DNA of 64,000 bases from Dehalococcoidia bacterium (GCA_965116605.1 OZ220697.1:1233427-1297426); one strand, 5' to 3'. Shown: positions 9,290 through 19,315, counted from the first letter of the stretch. Numbers and translations: made by a program. The notes: generated from the sequence alone by a model not told the origin.

Positions 9290-10677
9290 TGGTAAGCACC
9301 GTTGAGCGGCAAACCTACGATACCGACGCGCTGCGCACCACGTCGCTGCGCCACAATTGGATGCACTTTCGTAACTGGAATGAGATGGCAGAAGAGGGCG
9401 AGCCTCTCATCATCGCCGAAGGGCAGGGGCTAAACGTCTACGACACCGACGGCAACGAGTGGATGGATGTCAATGGCGGCTACCTGTGCGTGAACGTGGG
9501 CTATGGCAGGCCGGAGATCGGCGAGGCGGTCAGGGAACAGATGAAGGCCCTCAGCTTTACGCCTCGGGGCACCACCACCGAGCCAGTGGTGCGCCTGAGC
9601 CAGAAGCTCGCGGAGATAACGCCCGGAGATTTGCAGAGGTCCTGGCAGGTCACCGGAGGCTCAGAGGCAAACGAGACAGCCATCAAGATCGCCAAGGCAT
9701 ACCAAAAAAGGAACGGAGAGCGCGGACGATACAAGGTCATCAGCCGCATGGGCTCCTACCACGGAGCTACCGGCTTGACTACGTGGCTCGGTGGCCGCGG
9801 CAGCAGGTCGGACTACGAGCCCGCCTTCCCGGGAATGCTGTATGCCGCTCAACCCAACCCTTATCGGCCAGACGCAGGCGGGGAGACTCCGTCGGAGATA
9901 GCCGTCCGAGCAGCGAAGTCTGTTGAAGATCTGATCGTCTACCATGGACCTGACACTGTCGCTGCATTCATCGGGGAGGCGTTCTGTGCAGACACGCCAT
10001 ACGATGCTTGCTCGGTTCCGGGTCCAGAGTATTGGCCTATGGTTCGGGAGATATGTGACAAGTACGGTGTGGTCATGATCGTCGACGAGGTGATCACCGG
10101 GTTCGGCCGCACCGGCAAGTGGTTTGGCATCAATCACTGGGACGTCACGCCTGACATCATGACGATGGCCAAGGGCCTGGTGAGCAGCTACGTGCCGGTC
10201 GCGGCTGCGGTAGCCAGTCCAAAGATCGCCGACGCATTCGCCGGCCCAGACAATATTTTCCCGCAAACACTGACTTTCGGCGCCCATCCTGTGATCGCCG
10301 CGGCAGCGCTGGCCAACATCGAAATCATCGAAAAGGACAACCTGGTCGAGAACGCGGCCGAAGTTGGCGAGTACCTGATGGAGCAGATGATGTCCGTGGG
10401 GGGCAAGCATCCGATGGTCGGCAACGTTCGTGGCCTAGGCCTGATGACGGCGATGGATCTGATAAAGGATCCAGTGACCAAGGAACGCTTTCCGGCCGAG
10501 GCGGGAGTCGAAAGACGCATGGCGGATAAGTTCGCCGAACGCCGCCTGATCATACGTCCGCGAGGCCTGCTGGTATTCAGTCCACCACTGTGCGTCACCC
10601 GGGACGAGGTAGACCGGATAATGCAGGGCGTGGACGAAGTCCTTGGAGAGGTCGAGCAAGAGCTCGGGATGGCCTAA
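9289..10677 (+). CDS. class-III (omega) aminotransferase, copy 2 (paralogue of copy 1)
   Basis: Same block structure as copy 1 (GGSEANETAIK, DEVITGFGRTGKWF, MTMAKG). Its ATG overlaps the copy-1 stop as TAATG. Confidence 0.9.
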   Translation: MVSTVERQTYDTDALRTTSLRHNWMHFRNWNEMAEEGEPLIIAEGQGLNVYDTDGNEWMDVNGGYLCVNVGYGRPEIGEAVREQMKALSFTPRGTTTEPVVRLSQKLAEITPGDLQRSWQVTGGSEANETAIKIAKAYQKRNGERGRYKVISRMGSYHGATGLTTWLGGRGSRSDYEPAFPGMLYAAQPNPYRPDAGGETPSEIAVRAAKSVEDLIVYHGPDTVAAFIGEAFCADTPYDACSVPGPEYWPMVREICDKYGVVMIVDEVITGFGRTGKWFGINHWDVTPDIMTMAKGLVSSYVPVAAAVASPKIADAFAGPDNIFPQTLTFGAHPVIAAAALANIEIIEKDNLVENAAEVGEYLMEQMMSVGGKHPMVGNVRGLGLMTAMDLIKDPVTKERFPAEAGVERRMADKFAERRLIIRPRGLLVFSPPLCVTRDEVDRIMQGVDEVLGEVEQELGMA

Positions 10678-10751
10678 ACTTAGGCGGATGACCGCCTGTT
10701 CCAGCCGAGCACACCGAAGGCTGTTGGCGGGCCTGTCGGTCCTGCTCGTAA

Positions 10752-12065
10752 TTGGCGCTGGTCGGCATTCTCGCTGGCGAGGCGGCTACCCAGTCATCCG
10801 ATTCGCACATAGCAGTCATCACCGTTGACGGCGCGATAGACGCTGTAGCGGCTGACTACCTGTCCCGGGCGCTCGATGTCGCCGCAGAACGCGGCGCGGC
10901 CTTGGCGGTCGTTGTCTTGGATACGCCGGGCGGGCTCTTGGACTCGACCCGCAAAATGGTTGAGGACATCTTTTCATCCTCCGTCCCTGTGGCTGTCTAC
11001 ATTTTCCCGCCCGGGGCGCAGGCAGCTTCCGCGGGGACGTTCGTGATGGCCGCTGGACACGTTGCTGCTATGGCCCCGTCCACCAACGTGGGGGCGGCCG
11101 CGCCGGTCGGTCCAAGCGGTGAGGATTTACCCGAAACGCTGGCATCGAAAGCAACGGAGGACGCAGCCGCCTTCCTGCGAAGCATCGCCGACGAGAGGGG
11201 GCGTAACGCCGATGCGCTCGAGGCGACGGTCCTGGACTCTGCATCTTATTCGGCCGGCGAGGCCGTGGATCTAGAGGTGGCTGACCTGGTCGCATCGGAC
11301 ATTGACGATCTGATAGAGCAGTTGGACGGGTGGACCGTTGAACTTGGTGATGCCGAGCGGGTACTCGAGATTGAGGGCCTATCGACCGAAGCCATCGACC
11401 GAAACCTGCTGGAGCGATTCTTGGGGGTGATCGCCGATCCAAATATTGCCCTGCTGCTGCTATCGATCGGCGGATTTGGGATATTGATCGAGTTCTATAA
11501 TCCAGGCTCTTTCGTCCCTGGAGTGTTCGGCGTGATCGCTCTTGCCCTCGCCTTTGTGGCCCTGGGCAATCTGCCGGTGAACTGGACCGGTTTCGGTCTG
11601 ATCGCCCTCTCGATGGTGCTGTTTTTCGTCGAGCTACAGGCTCCGGGAGTGAGCGTACCTGGAATACTGGGCGGCGTAGCGTTCGTCGTGGGGGCGTTCC
11701 TGCTGTTTGGAGGCTTCTCTCCCCAGCCGCTGGATGGACCAAGCTTCGGGGTAAGCGTTTGGGTGCTAGTCGGAATAGGAGCGGGCATCGCGGCTATCAT
11801 GACCTTGCTTATCCGCACATCGCTGCGAGCACGGCGCATGCCTCAACTGGCCTCCCAGCATGGGGTCGCGGCAGCGATTGGACAGACGGGTGGGGCGACA
11901 ACGACCCTTGACCCGGCCGGCACTGTGCTTGTGCTGGGTGAAGAGTGGAGCGCGTTGAGCGAGACAGGTGTGCGCATAGAACGCGGGGAGCAGGTGAAAG
12001 TCACGGCGTTCAAGGGCCTGATGCTGATCGTCAGGCGAGCAAGTGAGATGCCCGAAAATGAGTGA
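10752..12065 (+). CDS. NfeD-family membrane-bound ClpP-class serine protease
   Basis: VITVDGAIDAVAADYL, LDTPGGLL and AASAGTF protease blocks, then several TM helices and a C-terminal OB-like NfeD tail. The N-terminus is uncertain (TTG start, see finding). Confidence 0.8.
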   Translation: MALVGILAGEAATQSSDSHIAVITVDGAIDAVAADYLSRALDVAAERGAALAVVVLDTPGGLLDSTRKMVEDIFSSSVPVAVYIFPPGAQAASAGTFVMAAGHVAAMAPSTNVGAAAPVGPSGEDLPETLASKATEDAAAFLRSIADERGRNADALEATVLDSASYSAGEAVDLEVADLVASDIDDLIEQLDGWTVELGDAERVLEIEGLSTEAIDRNLLERFLGVIADPNIALLLLSIGGFGILIEFYNPGSFVPGVFGVIALALAFVALGNLPVNWTGFGLIALSMVLFFVELQAPGVSVPGILGGVAFVVGAFLLFGGFSPQPLDGPSFGVSVWVLVGIGAGIAAIMTLLIRTSLRARRMPQLASQHGVAAAIGQTGGATTTLDPAGTVLVLGEEWSALSETGVRIERGEQVKVTAFKGLMLIVRRASEMPENE

Positions 12066-12216
12066 CGCGTCTATTTTGACGGCCCATGCGGCGGACCGGC
12101 GAGACCAAAAAAAGGCCATCGTGGACTGAGCCGTTTCTGGAGCAGGGGCAAACCTCTGCGTTAACAGGTCATAATGTTAGTAACGATCCGTTAGGGAAGA
12201 CTAGGAGAGGATCTCA

Positions 12217-13080
12217 ATGATTCCATACTTGACTATCGTCCAGCAGTACGAGCGTTTGGGCGTCTTTTGGTTGGGCCGATTTACCGGTCTGCGCGGGCCC
12301 GGCCTGCACGTACTCATCTGGCCCTTTCACAGGGCGCAGAAGATCGATACGCGCGAGGTGGTGATCGATATTCCGAGGCAGACGAACATCACCGAGGACA
12401 ACGCGCCGATTGACATCGATTTTCTCGTATACATGCGTCCCATAGCCGACCAGGCCGATAAGGCGATCATTGAAGTTGTTGACTACTGGGCGGCGGTGGT
12501 GGGTATCGCCACTACGAACCTGCGCGCGGTTATCGGAGAGATGAGCCTCGACGACGTGCTGTCGCAGCGGGAAAGGATCAACCACTCGCTCAGGGCACGG
12601 CTCGACGAGGTGACCAACCGATGGGGCATCAAGGTGACGCAGGTTGAGATCCGGGAGATCGAGCCACCCAGGGATATCCAAGAGGCGATGAACCGTCAGA
12701 TGTCTGCCGAGCGTGTGCGCAGGGCCGCCATCATCGAGGCGGAGGGAACGCGCCAGGCTGCCGTAACTGTTGCGGAGGGCGAAAAGCAGGCGGCCATCCT
12801 AAAGGCCGAAGGGCAGAGACAGGGCGAGATCCTTACGGCCGAGGGAGATCAGCAAGCGGCCAAGCTGCGGGCCGATGGATTTGCCGTCGCCCTGCAGCGC
12901 ATCTACGAGGTTGCACAGGGCATCGACGGTAAGACAATGAGCCTGCAGTATTTCGACACCCTCAAGGAGCTGGGCGCGAGTCAATCGACAAAGTTCATCT
13001 TCCCCATGGAATTCACCAACCTGCTTCGGCCTTTCCTGAGCATGGCAGGGGGCGGCGCGGACGAGTCGGACGACCGATAG
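12217..13080 (+). CDS. SPFH/band-7 (stomatin/slipin-like) protein
   Basis: Has the typical VVQYERLGVF-type start, an RWGIKVTQVEIREIEPP block and a coiled-coil AEGxxQAA repeat tail. RBS is AGGAGAGG. Confidence 0.9.
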   Translation: MIPYLTIVQQYERLGVFWLGRFTGLRGPGLHVLIWPFHRAQKIDTREVVIDIPRQTNITEDNAPIDIDFLVYMRPIADQADKAIIEVVDYWAAVVGIATTNLRAVIGEMSLDDVLSQRERINHSLRARLDEVTNRWGIKVTQVEIREIEPPRDIQEAMNRQMSAERVRRAAIIEAEGTRQAAVTVAEGEKQAAILKAEGQRQGEILTAEGDQQAAKLRADGFAVALQRIYEVAQGIDGKTMSLQYFDTLKELGASQSTKFIFPMEFTNLLRPFLSMAGGGADESDDR

Positions 13081-13126
13081 TGGGCGCCTTGAAGTAGCGG
13101 AAGCCAGTGATGGGAGGTTACCCCTA

Positions 13127-14950
13127 CTAGAGGTATTCCTTGACCTTTCGCGCCAGGGTAACGGTCATGCCGGGTACGGCGGCTATGTCTTCGAGGGTTG
13201 CATCACGCACGGCGGCGACCGATCCGAAGCGTCGAAGCAGCATCTTGCGGCGCTTCGGACCGATACCTGGTACGAGGTCCATCGCCGACTTGATCGAACC
13301 CTTCGACCGCCGCTGCCTGTGGAAGGTGACCGCAAAGCGGTGCGCTTCGTCTCTGGCCCTCTGAACCAAGAAGAGGGCAGGGGAATTTCTGGGGAGTGTG
13401 ATCGGTTCGGGCGTATGTGGAACGAAGATCTCCTCGTTCTCCTTTGCCAGGCTGGCCAGCGGCACCGTGTCGATTCCCAGTTCCAGAAATACCTGCAGGG
13501 CGGCTCCAAGGTGGCCTTTGCCACCGTCGATCAGCACTAGGTCAGGGTGTCTTGTCCACGCCTTGGACTCTTTCTCCCCTTTCTGGTATCGCTTGAAGCG
13601 CCGCGAGAGGACCTCGCGCATCATTAGGTAATCGTCCACGCCGCTGACACTCTTGATTCGAAATCGGCGGTAGTCCGCCTTCCTGGCCTTTCCGTCCTCG
13701 AACACGATCATGCTTCCGACGGGATCGCTGCCCTGTATGTTGGATATGTCGTAGCATTCGATCCGCCGAGGCGGACGAGGCAGGTTCAGCGCCTCCTGCA
13801 ATTCTTCTAACGCCTCTTGGAAGTTCGTTGTCGAAGCCTGCTTTAGCTTGAGTTGCTCAAGTCCGCTCTCCGCGTTCTCCTGCACCATTGCCACCAGGCG
13901 ACGTTTCTCTCCTCGCTTCGGCACGCGGATCTGAACTCGTCCCTCCCGTCGTTTGGTCAGCCAGAGTTCAATCGCCTCCTGCTCTTCCGGTGGATAGGGC
14001 GTAAGAACGGTCCGGGGCACGTACGGGTTGGCCGCATAGAACTGGCGCAAGAATGAAGAGAGAGTCTGTCCAGGCCCTTCGTCCGCCGTGCCTTCCATAA
14101 GGAAGTTGTCCCGGCCGATGAGCTTGCCCTGACGTATGAAAAAGACCTCCACCAAGCTCTCGTTGCTCAGGGTGGCCGATGCGACCACGTCAACGCTTTC
14201 GGTCGAAATATGGAGAACCTTCTGTCCCTCCTGAACCCTTTCTATCGCGGTCAGCTGATCGCGAAGCACAGCTGCCCGCTCAAATTCAAGGCCGTTCGCC
14301 GCTTCGTGCATGCGGCTTCTAATGGTTCTGGTAACGCGATCGGTCCTACCCTCCATGAACAGGATCACCTGATCGATTACCTGGGAGTAACCTGACTTGT
14401 CGATCACGCCTATGCAGGGTCCGACGCAGCGGTGGATGTGATAGTCAAGGCAGGGACGCTCGTCGCTTCCTGTGATGATCTTCGTACAAGACCGGTATGG
14501 GAACAGCTTCTTGAGGAGGGCCAGGGTCCTTCGGACACTGCCGGCGCTGGCGTAAGGGCCAAAATAGCGAGCTCCGTCGTCCTTGACCTTGCGGGTGATG
14601 TAGACCTGGGGAAAATCCTCGGTGGTGTCAATCTTGATGAAGGGGTAGCTCTTGTCGTCCTTCAGCCGGGCGTTGAAGTGGGGCTTGTGACGCTTGATCA
14701 AATTGCTCTCCAGCAAGAAAGCCTCTTGATCGGACTCGGTCACGATGAACTCGAAGTCTTCGACGCGAGAGACCATGCGTCGTACCTTCGGGGACAGGCC
14801 GGCGGATTTCTGGAAATAGGATCGAACCCTGTTTCGCAGCACAGAGGCCTTCCCCACGTAGAGCACCTTGCCGACGGCATCCTTCATCAGATAGACGCCA
14901 GGGCGATCGGGAACGGCGCTTAGCCGCTCGGAGAATCTTGCAGTCGACAT
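13127..14950 (-). CDS. uvrC: excinuclease ABC subunit C
   Basis: 607 aa. GIY-YIG start (PGVYLMKDAVGKVLYVGKA), an ECYDISN block and a C-terminal (HhH)2. Confidence 0.95.
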   Translation of the reverse strand: MSTARFSERLSAVPDRPGVYLMKDAVGKVLYVGKASVLRNRVRSYFQKSAGLSPKVRRMVSRVEDFEFIVTESDQEAFLLESNLIKRHKPHFNARLKDDKSYPFIKIDTTEDFPQVYITRKVKDDGARYFGPYASAGSVRRTLALLKKLFPYRSCTKIITGSDERPCLDYHIHRCVGPCIGVIDKSGYSQVIDQVILFMEGRTDRVTRTIRSRMHEAANGLEFERAAVLRDQLTAIERVQEGQKVLHISTESVDVVASATLSNESLVEVFFIRQGKLIGRDNFLMEGTADEGPGQTLSSFLRQFYAANPYVPRTVLTPYPPEEQEAIELWLTKRREGRVQIRVPKRGEKRRLVAMVQENAESGLEQLKLKQASTTNFQEALEELQEALNLPRPPRRIECYDISNIQGSDPVGSMIVFEDGKARKADYRRFRIKSVSGVDDYLMMREVLSRRFKRYQKGEKESKAWTRHPDLVLIDGGKGHLGAALQVFLELGIDTVPLASLAKENEEIFVPHTPEPITLPRNSPALFLVQRARDEAHRFAVTFHRQRRSKGSIKSAMDLVPGIGPKRRKMLLRRFGSVAAVRDATLEDIAAVPGMTVTLARKVKEYL

Positions 14951-15031
14951 GTTCTGAGGAGATATGGACCCGATGCCCTCAGGATCTCCTTGGGCTAGGC
15001 GGTTGGGGAACCCCGCCGAGACACCGGCGGC

Positions 15032-15421
15032 CTACCGCAAGAAGACGGTAAGGACTACCAGCGCGGCGGCCAGGGCGACGGTCAGCACCCCGATGTGACG
15101 CAATTCAACGCCAAGGTACGGGTAGGTAAGAGTCCCCTCAGCCTTGCCCGCCACGGCTCGGCGCCTGACGGCGGCCCCTCCTGGGTTGCTGCGAACTGAT
15201 TCCCGGGGAGTAGCCGGGGGCGTCCGTTCGACCCTGGCTTCGGGTGCAGGAGGCGCGGCCGATGCCTTCGTGCCGGATACGACAACTTCGGATGACTCAG
15301 GCGCCGATGCCGTCCGCTCGGATGACTTGGCATCGAACTGCCTGGCCCGTCCCTTGCCTCTGCGCCTCTTTCGCTTGAGTTGAGCTTGCCTAGAGGCGAT
15401 CCTTTTTCCCTTGTCTGCCAT
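15032..15421 (-). CDS. hypothetical tail-anchored protein (very basic N-terminus, single C-terminal TM)
   Basis: 129-aa ORF between xerC/D and uvrC on the same strand. KRIASRQAQLKRKRRRGKGRARQ, then a Pro/Ala/Ser-rich linker, then IGVLTVALAAALVVLTVFL. No family recognised. Confidence 0.45.
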   Translation of the reverse strand: MADKGKRIASRQAQLKRKRRRGKGRARQFDAKSSERTASAPESSEVVVSGTKASAAPPAPEARVERTPPATPRESVRSNPGGAAVRRRAVAGKAEGTLTYPYLGVELRHIGVLTVALAAALVVLTVFLR

Positions 15422-15441
15422 CCGTTTCCCCGCTTAGCCGA

Positions 15442-16386
15442 TCACCCAGCTCTGGGATGTGCACGGTCATACTCGGACCGCACGTGCTCGCTGGTGAGGT
15501 GGGTATAGATCTGTGTCGTCGTTATGCTAGCGTGCCCCAAGAGCTCCTGAACGTGCCTTAAGGGCGCTCCCCCGTGCAGTAGGTGGGTCGCAAAGCTGTG
15601 CCTCAAAGTGTGGGGAGTTAGCTTTTTGCCGATGCCCGCCTGCATGGATCTACCCCTGAGTATAAGCCAAAAGCCTTGCCGAGTTAGCCTCCTGCCTCTG
15701 GAACTCAGAAACAGCGCCCGGCCAGCTGTCTTGCCCGCAAGCTGTGGCCGAGCTGCGTTAAGGTATGCGGCCACGGATTCTACAGCTCTCGGATGCAGAG
15801 GAACCAGTCTCTCCTTGCCACCCTTGCCAAATGCCAGCACGCTGCCCATCTCAAGATCCACGTGTTCGATGTCGAGACCTACTAACTCACCAACCCTCAA
15901 GCCGGCTGCATACATCAATTCGAGCATAGCCCTGTCCCGGATGTCGGTCGCCTCCGGCCCGTCTGGCGTGTCCAGAAGGCGGTCGACCTCGTCCTCGGTA
16001 AGGGCCGCAGGAAGCGACCTGCCCATTCGAGGGGCCGATATGTTCTCGGTCGGGTCCTTGGCGATGATGCCTTCATCTACCAGAAATCCGAAGAACGAGC
16101 GCATCGAAGCAATCTTTCTGGCACGGGTCTTTTCACCGTAGCCTCGATCGCCAAGTTGCAGCACATAGGCCGTAACGGCCGACTCATCCACCTGGGCCCA
16201 GCGTACGGGAGCTCCAGCATTCGCGGTAAGCGTGAGGTGTTCAGTGCGAAGAAAGCCGGCGAGTTGAGACAGGTCCAGGCGATAGGCGGACAGTGTGTTG
16301 GTGGATACACCGCGCTCTACCCGCAGGTGCGAGAGAAAAGAGTCCACCTCGTCGCGGCCCGTCGCATCTATCTTAGACATCGTCAT
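15442..16386 (-). CDS. xerD: site-specific tyrosine recombinase, XerC/XerD family
   Basis: Track ORF runs to 16440. The ATG at 16386 (MTMSKID) follows GGAGAA. Has LRHSFATHLL and HASITTTQIYTH catalytic blocks. The XerC versus XerD choice is not certain. Confidence 0.9.
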   Translation of the reverse strand: MTMSKIDATGRDEVDSFLSHLRVERGVSTNTLSAYRLDLSQLAGFLRTEHLTLTANAGAPVRWAQVDESAVTAYVLQLGDRGYGEKTRARKIASMRSFFGFLVDEGIIAKDPTENISAPRMGRSLPAALTEDEVDRLLDTPDGPEATDIRDRAMLELMYAAGLRVGELVGLDIEHVDLEMGSVLAFGKGGKERLVPLHPRAVESVAAYLNAARPQLAGKTAGRALFLSSRGRRLTRQGFWLILRGRSMQAGIGKKLTPHTLRHSFATHLLHGGAPLRHVQELLGHASITTTQIYTHLTSEHVRSEYDRAHPRAG

Positions 16387-16550
16387 TGCTTGATTCTCCG
16401 TGACGAACCCAGCGAGGCAGAGCCACCTGCAGGCGTCCAAATCGCGAGTTTCAGAGAGAGAATTCAGTCAGGAGGAGGGTGTACGCGCCAGGAGCAGCCT
16501 GCCTATCTGGAAGGCTACAGGCCGCTGATGACATGGCACGCACCGCTTGT

Positions 16551-16579
16551 TTGACAGGTTCTTGGCCGAACCATAGAAT
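16551..16579 (+). promoter_or_regulatory. sigma70-type promoter candidate upstream of lgt (TTGACA-N17-TAGAAT)
   Basis: TTGACA at 16551-16556, an exact 17-nt spacer, then TAGAAT at 16574-16579. This lies about 85 nt upstream of the lgt start. Confidence 0.5.
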
Positions 16580-16664
16580 CGGCGTGGCCACGCCGCTGGA
16601 CCGACTTCTAACAGGTCTCACGAATCACCTTGTCACCTAGCAGTTGGGGTACGCTTAACCCTCT

Positions 16665-17558
16665 TTGATCGAGATACCTATAGGCCCCAACCTCATCGAC
16701 TTTCAGGCGGGCACCAATTGGGTGGTCGCCTGGCACGGAGCTTTCAGCTTCATAGGGGTGGTAACAGCCGTCTACTTGGTTGCGAGATGGGCGCCCCTGC
16801 GCGGTATCAACTCTGACCTCATCTACTCGACGGCGCTGTGGGCCGTGCTGGGAGGTTTCGTAGGCGCTCGCCTCGTCCACGTCATCGATCACTGGGACTT
16901 CTACGGCAGCAATCCCGGCCAGATTGTTGCCATATGGACAGGCGGAGTCGGTGTTTGGGGCGGGATCATAGGCGGCTTTTTCGGCGGCGTGGCCTACGTC
17001 GCAGTCACCCGGGTTCCGAGATACAAGTGGGGCATCATGATGGACCTCACGGCGCCGGCCCTGCTCCTGGCCCAGACGATAGGTCGCCTGGGCGACATAG
17101 TGAATGGCGAGCACTGCGCAAAGGCGGCCAGCCATTTCCTGAGCATGACATGGTCTCACCCGGATTCCCTGGCCAGGAGCTGTAACAACGGGCACAGTTC
17201 CTCTTTCTTCTCCACCGGTGCAGAGCCGGTGATCCTCTACGAAATCATCTGGAACTCGATCGTCCTGGCGATCCTCTGGACGATGCGTGGCAAGCTAAAG
17301 CCGGACGGTATGCTATTCGTCCTGTACATATCGCTCTATGCGATCGGCAGGTTCGCGATCAGCTTCGCGCGGGAGGACCGGATCTGGGCCGCCGGCATGC
17401 AGGAAGCCCATTTCATAGCTCTGGTGGTACTCGCTATCGGGGTACCCCTGTTGTTCCTAAAGGCCAAGCTGGTCGAAAGGACGCCCGAGTTGGAACCGGC
17501 CGAGGCTACACCAAGAGCGAGGGGCACTCGAGCAGCACGGCGTCGGCGGAAGAGGTGA
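16665..17558 (+). CDS. lgt: prolipoprotein diacylglyceryl transferase
   Basis: Multi-TM protein. GRLGDIVNGEH and AIGRFAISFAREDR blocks, with a basic C-terminal tail. TTG start. Confidence 0.85.
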   Translation: MIEIPIGPNLIDFQAGTNWVVAWHGAFSFIGVVTAVYLVARWAPLRGINSDLIYSTALWAVLGGFVGARLVHVIDHWDFYGSNPGQIVAIWTGGVGVWGGIIGGFFGGVAYVAVTRVPRYKWGIMMDLTAPALLLAQTIGRLGDIVNGEHCAKAASHFLSMTWSHPDSLARSCNNGHSSSFFSTGAEPVILYEIIWNSIVLAILWTMRGKLKPDGMLFVLYISLYAIGRFAISFAREDRIWAAGMQEAHFIALVVLAIGVPLLFLKAKLVERTPELEPAEATPRARGTRAARRRRKR

Positions 17559-17563
17559 GGCGA

Positions 17564-19288
17564 CTAGAACGCGGACCTGAGATCTAACACCTTCAGTTCC
17601 AGGTTCCTCCTGCCGTTCCACTCGTTTAGGTTAATCGAATAAACGAGGTCAATTTCTGGCCCAAGCTCCGCGAGCTTGGTTGACTGATTGAATGCTATGG
17701 CGTTCAGGTGGACACCGTCGGCCACCAGCCGGAGCTTTAGGTGGGCCTGGTCCCGGCCTACACTACGCCTCTCCCGGACATGCACACCCCTGGTCAAGAA
17801 AGTGGGGACGGGATTGCCCTTTCCAAATGGAGCCAGGGAGGTGATGAACGAGTAGTTGGCGTGGTCGACTTCCCGAAGCTGAAGCTCGCAGTCGTATTCG
17901 ATCGGAGTACTCGGCGCCGGGCCTTCGCTCATCTCAGCAACCTTCGCCGGAAATCGCTGGCTGAATTGTTCAAGGTGGCGCTCATCAAGCGTGAATCCTG
18001 CCGCCTGCATGTGCCCGCCGAGCCGCAGGAAGGGAAGACGTGTGGCGCCTATGGCATCGACCACCCTGTACCCCGCCGGACCGCGCGCGCTCGCCCTAAT
18101 GGCACCATCCAATAGTGTTGCTGCCACGACCGGACGACGGTATCTCTCTGAGAGGCGGGAGGCGATCAAGCCCACCACCCCAGGATGCCAATCTGGGTTG
18201 TAGACGACCAGAGCGGCCTGATCACCTTGACCGGAGTTCAACACGACCTTTTCGGCGTCCACGATTCCGCGCTCGGTAATCTTCCTTCTTTGCGAATTTA
18301 GGCGCTCGAGCGTCTCGGACAGGTCGTCTGCCTCGGCGGCGTCGGATGTCGTCAACAGGCGCAGGCTCAATGCCGGGTCATCCAATCTGCCCGCCGAGTT
18401 GAGGCGGGGTATGAGACCGAATGACAGGTCCCTTACCGATAAGGCAGATAGGTCTATGTTTGCCTGCCTTGCGAGGGCGCCGATTCCCACGCTCTCGGTG
18501 CCTCGTAGGGTTAGCAGGCCGCGACCAACGATGAATCTGTTCTCGCCTGTGAGCGGAGCAACGTCGGCAACGGTGCCCAGGGCTGCCAGCTCAAGCAAGG
18601 ACCCGGGAAACGGCCTGGATGAACTCGCGTATACCTCCTGGGCAAGTTTCAGTGCTACGCCGGCCCCAGTAAGACCGCTAAAGGGGTATCCATCCTCAAG
18701 GCTGGGATTTACGACGGGAACGTCATCGGCCACACGGGTCGGTGCCATGTGATGGTCGGTTACTATCACCTCCATGCCAATGGACCTCGCAAAGGCCACC
18801 TCGGCCACGTCCGTCGTCCCACAGTCTACGGTGACCAGCAGGCATGCTCCCGCTGCCGCCAGCCGCCGGACCGCCGCTTCGTTGAGCCCATGCCCTTCGT
18901 TCATTCGGTTAGGAATGTAAGGTATCGGCTTACCACCTAGATCCTGCACCGTCCGGCACAGGATGGCGGCACCGGTGATTCCGTCGACGTCGAAATCACC
19001 GTAGATTGCCACTGCGAGTCCACTCCCCGCCGCGCGAGTCAGCATTTCAGCGGCGCGATCCATGTCAGGAAGCAGGAGTGGGTCGTGCAGTAACCGGTCG
19101 TCCAGGGCTATGAACGATTCTGAATCGGCAACGTTCCTGATACCGCGGTTGTATAGAAGGGCTGCCCGGAGTTGGGGCAATCCCAGTCTCGAGGCGAATC
19201 CGGCGGGAGGCTTCTTCCGCTGGCGCCAGGACCTATCCGAGCCGAAACCGTCTGGCTCGTCCGGGAATAGCCTTCCTTGCCTCACCAA
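17564..19288 (-). CDS. recJ: single-stranded-DNA-specific exonuclease RecJ
   Basis: DHH-family blocks: IYGDFDVDGITGAAIL, VTVDCG, IVTDHH and GGHMQAAG. Confidence 0.9.
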   Translation of the reverse strand: MVRQGRLFPDEPDGFGSDRSWRQRKKPPAGFASRLGLPQLRAALLYNRGIRNVADSESFIALDDRLLHDPLLLPDMDRAAEMLTRAAGSGLAVAIYGDFDVDGITGAAILCRTVQDLGGKPIPYIPNRMNEGHGLNEAAVRRLAAAGACLLVTVDCGTTDVAEVAFARSIGMEVIVTDHHMAPTRVADDVPVVNPSLEDGYPFSGLTGAGVALKLAQEVYASSSRPFPGSLLELAALGTVADVAPLTGENRFIVGRGLLTLRGTESVGIGALARQANIDLSALSVRDLSFGLIPRLNSAGRLDDPALSLRLLTTSDAAEADDLSETLERLNSQRRKITERGIVDAEKVVLNSGQGDQAALVVYNPDWHPGVVGLIASRLSERYRRPVVAATLLDGAIRASARGPAGYRVVDAIGATRLPFLRLGGHMQAAGFTLDERHLEQFSQRFPAKVAEMSEGPAPSTPIEYDCELQLREVDHANYSFITSLAPFGKGNPVPTFLTRGVHVRERRSVGRDQAHLKLRLVADGVHLNAIAFNQSTKLAELGPEIDLVYSINLNEWNGRRNLELKVLDLRSAF

Positions 19289-19315
19289 ATCGTTACGGAG
19301 ACTGGAAGGACGAGG

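Noticed and set aside
9661-10410. 249-aa minus-strand ORF. The same reasoning applies to other long antisense ORFs at 24669-25430, 35370-36101, 11068-11742, 26622-27308, 16608-17195, 32480-33079, 47025-47630, 53118-53690 and 23616-24275.
   Set aside because: All lie opposite genes with unambiguous family signatures and have low-complexity, Arg/Pro/Ser-rich translations. They are high-GC shadow ORFs.
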